A stretch of 63,377 nt of DNA, counting the filler, from Choristocarpus tenellus KU-1152 (Eukaryota > Protista > Phaeophyceae): assembly GCA_964200185.2 (NCBI GenBank). It is 4 parts of 4 records of this genome, joined end to end, with 100 filler letters (N's around TTAATTAATTAA, not from the genome) between each part and the next. Parts side by side here need not be neighbours in the genome. Positions count along the whole stretch, not along the records: positions 30,447 to 53,919 come from CAXNAD020000242.1; 3 more parts are not named here. One strand, 5' to 3'. Positions within the stretch are counted from its first letter, which is position 1, and every line of letters starts with the position of its first letter. Both the position numbers and the translations under genes were made by a program. Of this stretch, positions 38,601 to 52,000 are shown one piece after another. The notes under the pieces are model-generated. The model saw nothing but the letters and a program-made list of their open reading frames with translations. It was not told where the DNA came from and made no database searches.

Positions 38601-41600
38601 CTGTCTGAACTGCACTTCACCAATCGTATGTATTGTTTCTTTTTTCTTGGTTTTGTGTGTGTGTGCAGGTAAATGGCTGCCCTAAGACCATTGATGGCGA
38701 CCTGAAGAATGAGTATGTGCCCATCAGTTTCGGTTTTGACACTGCTGCCAAAACATTCAGGTGTGTATTTGTTTTTACTTATTATGTTATCCTTATCACA
38801 CAGTATTCTGGGTTTGATAGCACTGCAATTGAGCGCCATGTCACTAGCTCTGTAGCAGGAGTACTTCCTGTTTCATTGAATCAGAAGAAACCCTTAGCTC
38901 TTGTCAGTAAGGGTCCACTTCTTCTGTAACTTCAACTGTAAGCTGGTATTGTGTTTGTAGAGCACTCAAAATGTGTGAAAAGAGGCATTTTCATCGACTA
39001 CTGTCCTGCTACATAAAGTGATCAAAATCTGAAGAGTTTTATATTTAGTATGGGCATGGCAAAGGTCAATACACTCCCTTTTTTTTTTTGAGCGCTTCTG
39101 AACGCCTTCAAAAAAGTTACAGTTACGTTTATTGTGGAAAGATTTTCAAACCTTGACATATTTGCAAGTACTGCCAGGTAGAAACCCCACGCCCACTTCC
39201 AGCCCATCACCTCTAGAGTTGTTACCTGTTTTTCTGTGCAGTGAGGAGATTGGCAACGTCCAGTTGGATGCTCTTGCAAGTCAGAAGTATTATCATTTCA
39301 TCCGCCTTATGGGTCGTGCGGCATCAAACATTGCGTTGGAGTGTGCCCTTCAGACCCGACCTAATGTGTGCCTCATCAGTGAGGAAGTGGAAGCCAAGAG
39401 CATGTCGTTAAAACAGGTGAGTTGTCCCCAACTAGTTAGAAAGGAATAGTTGATGTGGAAGTGACCTAAGTGATTTTTCTCACAAATATGGTGGTTGGGG
39501 ATGTGGGTTTTTTTAATTAGTGATATGTTGGTAGTGTTGCCTAGTAGGGGTAGTTACATGCACTACGTAAGGTAGACGGAGTTACAGTTTTGATTTATTT
39601 AACTTTTCTTTTAGACAATATGCCCACCTCTCCCACCCCTTAATTGTAACGAAGTTTTCTAAGCTGTGTATTTATTTGTGTCCATACTATCTCAAGTGAA
39701 AGTTTCTTAACTAAACTATTGTCCCTTGCCCCTTCCACACACGATGCACTCACACATCACAACAGATCACTCATGACCTTGTAGACCTTATCGTCACTCG
39801 CTCCAAAGACGGCAAGAACTTTGGAGTGGTCATGCTCCCGGAAGGACTGATTGAGTTCATTCCTGAGTTCAATGCTCTCATCAGCGACATCAATGATGTA
39901 CTGGCTAGCGGTATTTCTCCTACAGAAGGTATAGGATATATGGAGTATAGAGATTTCTTGACTTCTTCGTCGGTTTGAATTGCCATGTCTGTGACTTTGC
40001 AGCAGTGTCTCGACTAGGAGTTGCACTTACATGGTGTGCTTCCATTCCATTTTCTTTTTCTATTTGGGTAAACATTGAATTCAGAACAAGTGATTTTCAT
40101 GACGTGGTATTTTAATTTGGTCCTTTTCCGTGGGTTGTCGTTTGTTGGGAACTTTTGTTGTACTCTATGGGGACATAGTCTCGGTGGTTCCTGCGCTGCA
40201 GCCTGTGAACAGGGAAGTGTTCAACTACCTTCCTCAGGGGATCAAGATGCAGGTGACGTGCATTATGGTGTTTAGAGGGTTTTGTAGTTATGTGAACGTT
40301 ATTTATCTCTTCTTTTATTTATCTTTTCATGGAAAGGTAGAAAATATGCGTTTGAGAGGGGTCTAGATAATAACATTTAAAAGGTGGAAATGTGAGAGCT
40401 GGAGAATGAGAAATGTGACAATGAGAAATGTGAGAATGAGAAGGTTTGTAGAGGGGCACCGATTTTTGTTTTGTGAGGTCAGAGGTGTGTTCAGTTGAAG
40501 CTTTATTTGTGATTACTGTGTTGTTGCAATTTCTCTATCCCAATAAATAAAGATATTTTAATGTTGAGTTTTCAATACGGTCTTTCATCTCCATGTGGTG
40601 CCACTTTGTAACCAGATCTCTTTTGTTTATTCTCTATTGAATGTTTTTGTGTAGCTCCTGTTGGACCGTGATCCTCATGGAAACGTACAGGTGGCTAAGA
40701 TCGAGACTGAGGTTCTTCTGGCCATGACCGTTGGCATTGAGCTTGAGAAGCTTGCTGCACAAGGTTTGAGAAAGAGCTTGCACTAATGTTACATAGAGGT
40801 TATGTGCTGTGGTGGGTGTGTAGTGTGGCGAGGAGGAAGGCTAAGTGGAGGAACTCTGGGGACAAGCGTTTCATTGAAGGCATATGTGCAATGACTTGAT
40901 TTGATGCTTTAATTGTGACAATGCTTTATTTTGTCATATCATTTGCTGCATTCTTTTTTAATTCCTATTCTACTCACCTCTTACCTTTGTTATATTGTTA
41001 TGTTATATTGTAAAATATATATGTTACATATATTATTATATTCCCAAATGAATTTTGATCAACATTTAGGGTCTTACAAGGGCAAATTTGCTACTCAGTT
41101 CCACTCCTTCGGATATGAGGGCCGCTGTGCCCTTCCCAGTCACTTTGACTGCAGCTACTGCTATGCACTGGGATATACTGCTGGTGAGAGATGACACTGA
41201 TATTTTGGTAGCAATTGTTGGTTGAATTGAGTTTGGGGTCATTGTTGTTTGCTACGGTGTGTGCCTTACATCTTCCTGACTGTGTGCTAAAAAATATTAT
41301 GACAGGTGCACTCACAGCCAAGGGCCTGAATGCTCTAATGGCTTGTTGCCAAAACCTTCAGGCCCCAATTGAGGAATGGGTCATTGGAGGTGTTCCCATC
41401 ACCATGATGTGCCACATGGAACGCCGGAAGGTGATACAAGTTTTTTTTTCATGAAGTTCTTTACTTGTTGTGTTAACTACCTAGTGGTTCGTTATCGGTT
41501 GTTGGTCGAGATAGCCTTGCTGATTTCTCTTCTTCAACTTAGCATAACTGTTGACTTTTGAAAAGTAATTGTACTGGAACCAGTGCGATTGAGTAAGCCC

Positions 41601-44600
41601 CAAACTGGCATTGTTACTCTACAATGGTATATCTGCCTGTGTGGTGTGTGCAGTAGTGTATACCTTGCATTACTAGGCACTGTCTGTGGCAATGAGATCC
41701 GGTTGATTGGAGGTTGGTTACCTTTCATTTCAGTTCAAGTGAGAAAAGTGAAAAGTGTGTCTTACGACCTCGATATAATTGATCTTAACACATTTAAATC
41801 AGGGCAAGGACAAGCCCGTCATAAAAAAGGCTTTGGTGGAGCTAGAAGGACCTAGGTCTATGCCGTTCAAAGCGTTTGTTGCCCAGCGGGAAAAGTGGGG
41901 GAAGCACGACATGTATCGTGCTCCAGGTGGGATTGATTGCCATCAACATCAGGTTCTTTTTGTGCTGTTGCCTCTTGCTAACAGATATTTTTTGTATGCA
42001 AGAAATATGTCACTTATTTTGACACTTGAGTTTGTTGTTGACCGTTGGTGGGGGGGGGGGGGCAGGTCCGATCCAGTTCTACAGTGAGGGGGCACGCAAC
42101 AGCAACATGACGCTTATGTATGAGTTATTGGGGGAGAAGGCGGAGGTGAGCTGTTTGACAAGTAGAACATTTCTTTTTGGGAGGTGTTAGAGATTATCGA
42201 TCAGAAGAACACGTGTTAGTCGGGTTATTTACAAGGATAGTTTTTTTTGTTGATCCTTTATTAACCTGATAAGATTCTCTCTCCCTTCCTTTTCATGTTG
42301 AATGTAATGCTTTGTATGTTTTTGTCAAGGCTTCCACCAACTGCAACTTGGACCCAAAGACAGTCCCAGCACCAGTGCGTATGGGTTCCAATGGTTTCCT
42401 GTTCCGGCCAATCCCTGTGCCTCTTAGGAGTCACGTGGAACAAGCCCGTCTTACCTACAAGCCCAAGGTGAACTGTGCACCTAGCAACTGTTGGTATATA
42501 GTTCTTATGGTTCTTATGGTTCTTGGTTTTGTCTGCAATTTAATGACAATTGTTATTTGTTCTTTTTTGTGTTTTTTGTTCTCCTTGTGGGGTGATCTTA
42601 ATATCATAGGTCTGAAGATGCTTGTGCTTGCTGACTGTCCTGGTGTGCTTGCGAGAGTGGGGTGTTCCTCCTCCCCTCTCATGTCTTTCTGTTCACATAT
42701 TAGGTAGTATTGTGCTGTATGGTGTGTTTACCATCAAATTCACTCTGTGCATATTCGGGCAGTGCTGTTTTACTTAGCCAGTGCAAATTTTACCTGTTGT
42801 GGTTAATCCACCAGAAATCTCTCATACTAGTTGATCGTATTACTTGAAAAGTTTCGATTTACTCAGAAATATTCTGCACACAAACGTAAGAAACGTCTTT
42901 TCCTACTATTCCTGAAGGTAGATATTTTTTCTCCTGGTTTCTGCCGTTTCTTGTCCTTTGGTGCTCTGTAGCTTCCAGTGTGTATGAATGCAGGAACAGT
43001 CAAGGGGGTGAGACTAGTAAATGATCAACCCACACAGAGTGTTATGGTAGCCGACAGAGAACCTCTGCGACGAATGTTCACTTCTACTTACGGGTCTCCT
43101 CTTGTGCAGGTGAGCGAGGTCTACAATTAGCAGATTTTTTTTTCTCCCGAAAGAGTGTTTGAAGTGCTTTAAAAGATTTTGATTCATTTACTGAATTTAG
43201 TGCAGAGACTGGAAAAGGAACCATATTTCATCAATGTCATAATGGCGATCGTTATGTACTATGTGTTGTCTCTTTTTTTGCTGATGTACTTCGCACACTC
43301 ACTCAATTCCATATCTGAATGTGAAAATTTTGTTTTTGCATTGATTGGAAGGCGTTCTGTTGTGTGAGAGAGGGACTGGAAAAATTGTCTTCATTAACTA
43401 TGTGCACTTTTTAACAAAAATTTCAGCTGGAACAGAACTTTTTGGCTCTGGACCCTACTGCTGCCACACACGGGGTGCGTGTTGGTGTGGTGTTTTGTGG
43501 ACGTCAGGCTGCGGGAGGGCACAATATCATTTGGGGGATGCACAACTTCCTAAAGGGCACCAAGAGTAAGGTCAGCAAGCTGTTACCGCATGGAGGGAAA
43601 AGGGTCAAAGGGAAAGTGTTTACTTGGGTCGCTATCGAATGGTTTTTGATTGATGTGCTTAATATAATATAATTGAATCAAATAAGGGGAGGAAATGGAG
43701 AGGTCATTGCAATTAGTTAAGAGTGAACAGAATGGAGAGGTCATTGCAATTAGTTAAGAGTGAACAGAATGGAGAGGTCATCAGGTCCTCTGGACTACAC
43801 TGCTGTGACACTGCCATCAATTGGTAAGACTGGTAAATCCGTTGAATCAAAAGGTGTTTTGGGTTTGATATGTTGATTTGGTGCAGTGGCAGTTTGTACG
43901 GCTGATGTATTGATTTTTTCAATAACATATTTTTTCATGTTGTGGTGGTTGATTTTGACAGGTTATCGGTATTGTGGGTGGCACACGTGGTCTGTTTGAA
44001 CAACAGACAGTGGATATCACTGATGCCTTACTGGAGGGATACAGCAATCAGGTGTGTAAAAATTGTAGCGATTTTGCTTAAAACGCAAGGGTAGAGTTGA
44101 AGAGCTGATTTTGCAGGTTTAAAATTGGTTGACAAACTTGCCTGGCGCTCCTTGTAACAGTGTTTTATTATTTGTCTTATTGATTTGAGTGCTATTACAT
44201 AGTCTACAGCACCAGCTGTTTTTCACTCACAAGACTAACATTCACAGAAATGTAATTGACATAACCGGCTTGATGACCCTTTTCATCTCAATGATTCCTG
44301 CCATTGATGATTACTGTCTTCTTCCTCTGCTTACATGTGGGACTGTGGGACAGGGTGGATTTGACCTTCTTGGTCGCAGTGTGGACAGCATTCGGACAGA
44401 GGAGGAGATGGCCAAAGCTCGTTCGGCATGTGAGACTCTCAAGCTAGATGGACTTGTGGTGAGTACATTTTAATTGCAATTTGGTGAGGCTAGATTGATT
44501 GCCTCAAATATATCAAGCTGGTACCTTCGGTGATTTAAGTTCATCTTACATTTTTTGACCCGATTTTATTCTGTACTGTTTGAGCGCATTACTTTTGTTG

Positions 44601-47600
44601 CATTGCACAATTGAACATGGAAGTAAAATCCACTCCGAAATGATTCGTACTGGCTCTAGCCCTTGGTTGGTTGTCATTCCCCTTAACATACACAATGTCT
44701 TGGATTTTATTCAATTTTTTGCTGCTGCTAGTCTGACTAACTTACTAACTTAAACTTCTGTGCTTCTTTGTCAATGTGCTATTTTTTATGTTCGTTTTTT
44801 CAGTTGATTGGAGGCAACACTACGCACACAGACGGGGCATTCTTGGCAGAGTATTTCAAGTCTAAAAATGTCAAGACCTGTGTTATTGGTGTGCCTTGCA
44901 CCATCAGCGGGGGAATGAAAAACAACTTTGTGGTATGTAACTGTAGTGGTACTTGTAAAGTAAGGCAGCAATAATGTAGTATGCCTAGAGTTGATTTGAT
45001 GTTTTTTTTGTGTATGGTAGTTGATGTGATAACAAATGTGATATCCACTTGAACGTTCAAAACAGGAGAGTGCAGTGGGATTTGATACTGCAGTGAAGGT
45101 CTACAGCCAGCTTGTGGGGAACACTGCCATTGATGGAGCCAGTGCTCGCAAGTACTGGTACTTCATGCGTCTCATGGGACAGGTATATAACTAAAGGGCA
45201 GATCTCTTGTAGGTTAATACTTTTGTGAAGTGCTCTGTGAAGCAGCACGGTGTGAGGTACAAAAGTACACACAAGTTGTTACACCGTTTTTCTATTTCTT
45301 TTATGGGTTTATTGATGTCTTACATATAGAGGTTGAAATGTGTCATTTCTTATAATGGCATAGGCGTTGATAATGTGTGGAAGTTTTTTGAAAGTAGCAG
45401 ATAGCTCTGTTAATTGGTAGGAGGCTTGTCAATTGCCGGTTGTCATCACACTTGTGTAACATTATTTGTGATGTTACTGATATTCCAATGTGGATTCTGT
45501 TCCAATGTCTTTTGTTCCCCTTGTACCTTCAGTGTTAGCTGTTACATATGTGAATTACTTGTTTTAATTAATTTTCGTGTGAGAAGACTCACCCATGTGC
45601 CTCTACAACAACTCATGTGCAACAATTTTCTGGACAGGACCCCAGCCACATTGCCCTTGAGACTGCACTGCAGACTCATCCTAACCTGGTCCTTCTTGCG
45701 GAGGATGTTGCTGCTAAGCGTTGGTCGCTGCATGACATTATCAGGGAGATTGCTGATGTTGTTCAGGCTCGTTCGGCGGAGGGCAAGGACTTCGGCACTG
45801 TGCTGGTAAATATGGGGTACATGTGTGTTTGTGACAAGAGCACCGGTAGTGAGTGCCCCATGGTTATCCATGGTGAACCCTTGCGTGGGCTTTTGCTTTT
45901 TAGTGCTTGAGGAAAGATGTCTATTGTGGAAATGTAACTTTAATTTCTTTTCTTTCCTTTTCTTGGCTGTGTGTTTCTTCAGATTCCTGAAGGTCTAATC
46001 AGGGCCATCCCGGAAATGGAGGTTTTGATTGAGGAGATTGATGTACTATATGCTGACTCTGATCCTTTGAAGGCTATTTCAAGGGAGGATGTACAGTCTC
46101 GCCTCACAAGCTGGAGTGCTGCACTGCTATCTTCCCTTCCGGTGTTTACCCAGGAAGAGGTGGGTCACGTTGCCTACTTTTCCCTTGGAGATATGTGTTG
46201 CTCAAGGGTATGTCTGAGGACTGGTTAAATTGGACTCGTAGTAATTAGCTCTTCAAAATTAAGTATTTCTGGCGTATCGTGTGCTAGGTGTAAGGCATAT
46301 CCACGTGATTATACAGTGTGTGATATGTTTTTACGTTTTTGTGTGAGTTTGTGGAGTTCTGTATATGATACCTTAGCTTCCTGTGGTTGAACTCATCTGA
46401 TATACTTGATTTATGCCGCTTGTGCTGCATGCAACTCTAATCTAGGGATGTGATGGGGTGTATTGTCAGCTGTACTGAGGTGCATTCTATTTACAGCCAT
46501 GTACAATATCACATCACTGTGTGTCTTAGTGTGTTGGGGTGCGATGTCTGTTTATATTGCATGAGATAGAATGCATACAAAAGGGTGCCAACACTTTTAA
46601 TTCTTGGTATTGAAATAACTTAATTTTTATTTTTGAAACTGATACATTCTTGCTTATTTCTGCAGCTATGCTTGGAGCGTCAAAGCAACAAGCAGGTCCG
46701 CCTGTCCCAGATTCAGACTGAAAAGATGCTTGTGTCCTTTGTGGAGGAGGAGCTGAAGAGGCGCAAGAAGGCAGGAGTTTACAAGGGAAAGTTCTCTGCT
46801 GTATGCAGCTACCTTGGTTACCAAGCACGAAGTGCTCTCCCCAGGTCGGGAAAGCACTGTCAAGAGTACTGAATTATCCTGAATTTTTTCACTGTTCAAA
46901 CCCAGTTGAATTTCATGTTTAACCACACTTCCGGTCATGTGTGACTTATCATTAAGCTGGACAGTGCACCGATTTGCATAAATGTTTCATATTCGTCTAG
47001 TGGGTTTGGTAAGAAGTATTGTACATGGTCGTATGATATCGCCTATGCACATAAGTGTTCATGGTCGCCTGCACACTGTTCCTCGTTAGAATGTGTTAAC
47101 TCCTATTTTATACTTTGTACATCAACTTACACTCTGTAAAATGTTTCTTGTCTCGAGCAGTAACTTCGACTGTGATTACGCATATACCCTTGGAGGTACT
47201 GCAGCCACTCTTGTACACCGAGGTATCACTGGCTACCTTGCCACTGTCACCGGGCTTAAGCATCCCGTTAAGGATTGGAAGGTGGATGACTGAGTGATAC
47301 TATGGTGTGGGTCAAGTGCTGTCTCTCTCTATCAAATCTTTTTTGTTGTATAAGAGTAGTTTTTACAATACTGTGGTTAAGTTATAGTGCAGTGTAGTAG
47401 CTGAATAGAGAGATTAACACAAATTGTAAGATGTGTATGATGTATTGTGTACTAGTTACATGGTAATGCCATCTATTGTTTGGTACTTCTAAATCCTAAA
47501 TGCTTGTATTGACCTTAATTCAACTTTTGACTTTTAGGTTGGGGGAGTTCCTCTGGTATCTCTGCTGGTTGAGGACGACCAGGAGAAGCTTCCAACTGGC

Positions 47601-49050
47601 CAGTGCAGGCCTAGGGTGCCTCCATCACCGATCAACCTCAATGGGCAAGCTTTCAAGAAGCTGCAGACAGTAATGGCTAAGGTTCAGGTAAAAATGAAGA
47701 AACAGTGACGTTTATTATTTTTCTCCGATGATAAAAGACACAAATCACATCTTGTAATTGGCATCCTTGGATGTGCAGGTATATTAAAATTGGAGACAAA
47801 TCAGATGTTTGGAAATGAAAAGCATTTGTGGCTACCCAGTGGAGCTCCAGAAGAGATCAATGATAATAATATTTGATGCACTTGCCCTGAAACATTAACG
47901 GTCTTCGAACTGTAGCTATTTTCACAAAGTATGGGAACGGGGACCTTGCTCTGTGGTAGGGAAGGCCTTTCACAGATTTATGTGCATTAGTCACTGCTGG
48001 CTGAACCCCAGTCTACTTGCATGTTTTTGGCGTTTTTCATGTGTGTCCTGGACCCCTGTTTTTTTTTCCGCCCTAGTCATGAAGTTGCTGTGCTTGTTTA
48101 AACTGAGCAAATGTGATGGAATGTTGTGCCTCTACTGCAGACTCAGGACATCTACAGGAATCCAGGCCCAGTGCAATTTGCAGGCGAAACTGCTGATATT
48201 CGACTGATGTCCTTGGCACTTGAGGGGGAAGACTACCTTGGACAGCTTGAGGTGCGTTTACTTGGAGACATAATTTTTGTGAACTTCAGTGAATTGTGGT
48301 TAAACTGTGGCACTGAAAGGAACTTGTTAACAGTTTCTTGTAAAACAGTATTGCAGTAGTTTTATTTAATGTTCAAGATTATCTCCCTTTAGGGGCAACA
48401 AGTCTTCAACGGGGTGTTTATTATTGTGTCAAAACACTTTTCACTGTGCTACATTCTGTTGTTTCACATTTCTGTTGTTGTATTCTAGTTAAGCCTTGTT
48501 TAAAAAACACTTCTTTTTTGCTCTTCCCCTGAACCCTCGCATGTGTCACAACCTCTTGGATCGTCATCTCTTTCTACGATTGTGGCCTACACACCATCAC
48601 GGCACTTATGGGCGAATTGCTGATGTTTTTGTGTTTTGAAGGAGCTACGTGATGCCCTCACGAAGATCAGAGAGGTAAGCGAAGAATGCACAGTGTAGCA
48701 TAATACACCTTTCATCGAGTCGATATTGTGGAGAGTGATCGAAATGACTTTAATTTTGTTGTACAATTTATTTCCACACGATCCAATTAAAAAAATATCT
48801 TTGGTAGATCTTACTGATGCCCCAACCTCTTTTGCAATGTTGTTTGTTTTGACTTGAACTTTTCCTTAAATTTGCCGTCCTTCTATACTAGGTTTTATTC
48901 TTAACCATTATCTTGTTTCCTCACGCTTCTCGACGTTTTTACTCTCTCTCACCTGGTCAGGCTTGCCGCCCTGGATGCAGCAGCAACACACTCAAGCTCT
49001 CAACAAAAACTCTTCAGAACTTGACTGAAATCATCGACCTTCAACTCTAG
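35656..49050 (+). CDS. PFP: Pyrophosphate-dependent phosphofructokinase (PFP) as a fused beta-like + alpha-like polypeptide, ~29 exons, probably cytosolic
   Basis: N-half: [70 protein letters not shown]-half: [64 protein letters not shown]. Stop at 49048-49050. Linker exons read in frame. Confidence 0.95.
43694..43781. repeat. Intronic tandem duplication, 37 bp x ~2.4
   Basis: AATGGAGAGGTCATTGCAATTAGTTAAGAGTGAACAG repeated exactly, plus a partial third unit. Confidence 0.9.
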
Positions 49051-52000
49051 GTTGCGAAGTGAAGTTTTGCTCACGGAATTGAAGCAATCTAAGTGTGTGG
49101 ACTCTGTATAGGATAGTGTTCTAGTTGAGAGGATGGTTTTTGTGATGTTTGGCCTACCTTATTCTCTTTGCTTTCACAGCACTTCCGAGGGAGGGGAACT
49201 GGAATGAAGCAGATACACGAAAGTGTGTGAAGGGGGTGTGGGGAGGGGAAGATTAGACGAGTTCTGTGCAATGATGAGGCAAGAACGGACACTTGTTGAA
49301 GCATTGTAGGTCCAGCTTAATCATTTTTGCTGTTGCACTTACACCCTTGCTCCAGGTGTGTTCCTCATTTGCTATCAAAATAATAATTTGAAGGTGAAAT
49401 GGAGAGAGTAGTTTCGTTCATACGTAGAATGGGGTGCTTTGTTGACTGTCTTCTGCTCGAATGTGTTTTATCTGCTTGTTGACACGATCTTCAGTGTATT
49501 CTCACGTATGTTAGGGTGTGTCTATGTTATGAATGGAATGAGATGTGCAAGGGTAAGAATTCGCGTTTCATGTGTTTAGTTTATATTATTTAGTGTAACT
49601 GCCTTCTCCAGAGACGCAGCTTGCAAGTGGGTTGAAGTATGTCATGTTTTAGATTACTTCCCGCTTTATGTTGAGCTGTAGTTGATGGTGCCCCCCTAAG
49701 TATCTCATTTTGTGTGTAAGTGCTTTTCATGTTACGGTACTACATTGATTTTGTTAGTGGTGGTGGTTTAGACAGGCGAGCCCCACCTCATAAATGAGTT
49801 TCATGCATAACCCATGCACCATGAGGAGACTGTATAGTATCTATGGCAATTTTGTACTCGTATTTGTTATTATCCTGCCTGCATAAAGCAGATGTTAGCA
49901 TGATGGTATACCAGCTCTGTGCTACATTGATAAAGGACATGATAACGTAGTAGTATATCGTAGGAGTACACAGTGAGTGCAAGACGGTAGTATTAGTAGT
50001 AGGTTAAAAAACATAAGTCCCATAGGAATGAGAAGAAACATCAAGGATAGTTCAGAATTATCATCCCTTGGGATTAGATGAAGTCCTCTCCTCCACCTAA
50101 GACTCTCCATATCATATATTTATTATTGACAACAAATTATCCCATTATAAAGACTACAATACCACAACGTCCACAATTGGGTTCTTTGTCATTTGATACA
50201 TGACATACGCATAAAATACAAATCGTACGGTGCAAAGACGATTTTTGTTTTATGGAAGACCAACCACACACCAAATCATGCATTTTCCTTCACAGAATTA
50301 TTTTGATGGATTGGTTTTATAGTACCATGCGGTCGGTTGAAAAATGACTTTGATACATTCTTTTGTACAGAGAGCGACTTTGTCTCCCACGATTATTCCT
50401 AATGTTGCTTACTGATAAGTGGCCGATGGGGTCAATGCATATATATCTGTGTGAGAGTGTGTAATCGTTTTGAGTCGTACTAGCTGATATTGTAGGGAGG
50501 ATGGTTCCTCTTCGTTTACCGCTTCTTGGATCGCTCGCTTCTACACCCACTCCGTGAACTACGAAAACAAAAAAAATGACATCATATCTTCTCCATAGTA
50601 CAAACATCACGCCAAACCAGTACTGATAGTAATACTCATTTAGCCCAAGTAGCACTACTACTACAGCAAAAAGCATCACCAAAAAAGGGTAATTAGGAAG
50701 GATAGTAATTATAGGTACAATAAAGGTAGTTGTAGCGACCTAAGGCACACGGCCCTCCCCACTCACCACCTCCTCTGCTGCTTCATTTAGGCTAGTATTG
50801 TGTATATATGTACCTTGTAGCATAAAATATGCCTTTCTTACGTACTGGTCCAGCAAATATAACGTACGTATATACAATTATTGTAGTATGTCTATCTATC
50901 ACACTCCCTCTGGCATGTCACTCATCGGTCAAGAAGCTCTTTGCTCCGTCAACCTTGCGCTTCCACCACGTATGTTAATTGATTTGTTGCCCTATCTGTG
51001 TTCTATCCCTCGACCGCGATTCCAATTTTTTTCTCCAGAAATGGGGAGGATTAAAAGAAAGGAAAAAAACGTATTATATGGATTCATGCTACCACACAAT
51101 AGTTGTTTCATGCAGTCCCACTACAACGACCTGATTTTTTATTAACCTCAGTTAACGACCGATCTTGGGTGACCGTCCATTAAACAGAATGCTGAAGGTT
51201 TTTTTCTGAATGTTCAATAACAGTGGAATATTTCTATCTTATATATATATGATGATCATAGTGGTGTTCATAAAGGAAGTAGTCTGAACTTTGCTTCAAC
51301 CAACCCTGGAAACGAAAATCAACGTCCAGTCAGTCCAAACAGTTATTATTTATTCCGAAAAAAATGTGAATTTGAAGAAAAATACAACTCTCTCATCCAA
51401 CAAACAGTGACCCATTGTGGACGTCTACACTAGTAAGTACAGCTTGCTACTACTACTCCAAAGAACTAAATACACAACATCACGCTAGGTGTAGCACCAC
51501 TTCTTTGGAGTTACCTTGTCCTTACTTACAACGGAATATTTAGTTGTATGATGTTTTCTCTGACATAAAGGCGATGGTACAATTATATTTGTAAAGTAGT
51601 ACAGGCAGGAAGTGCTACTACCACAACGAGCTGAATGTGGTACACCAATTCAATAGGCATAAGATATGTGGCAGAGTGGGAAGTCCTACAGGCAGTAGAT
51701 GACTACTGAATTTAGCAAGAGAAACCACAATGTTAGTAATAATAAGTCTAACATAACATGTATATTGTTGAGCAATACGCCTTACATCAACCCATCTAAC
51801 TCTCCAATCCACATCCCCAGGAAATAGTTTTTTTTTGTCAAATTAAACTTTGTGTTCTAGTACACTCTGGCTATATTTGTACCCTGCTGTGGAAGAGCTC
51901 TGCGTCTCTGGTGATACCCTTGAGATTGCATTAAGTCAGGCTCTTGTTGTTGTAAATATGGCAGTACAATCCTTGAACTGTCCGTACCATGGTAATATTA

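Noticed and set aside
8064-49050. Functional gene cluster (LPAAT, RCE1, RabGAP, PFP)
   Set aside because: Unrelated housekeeping pathways, and an artificial linker separates the genes.
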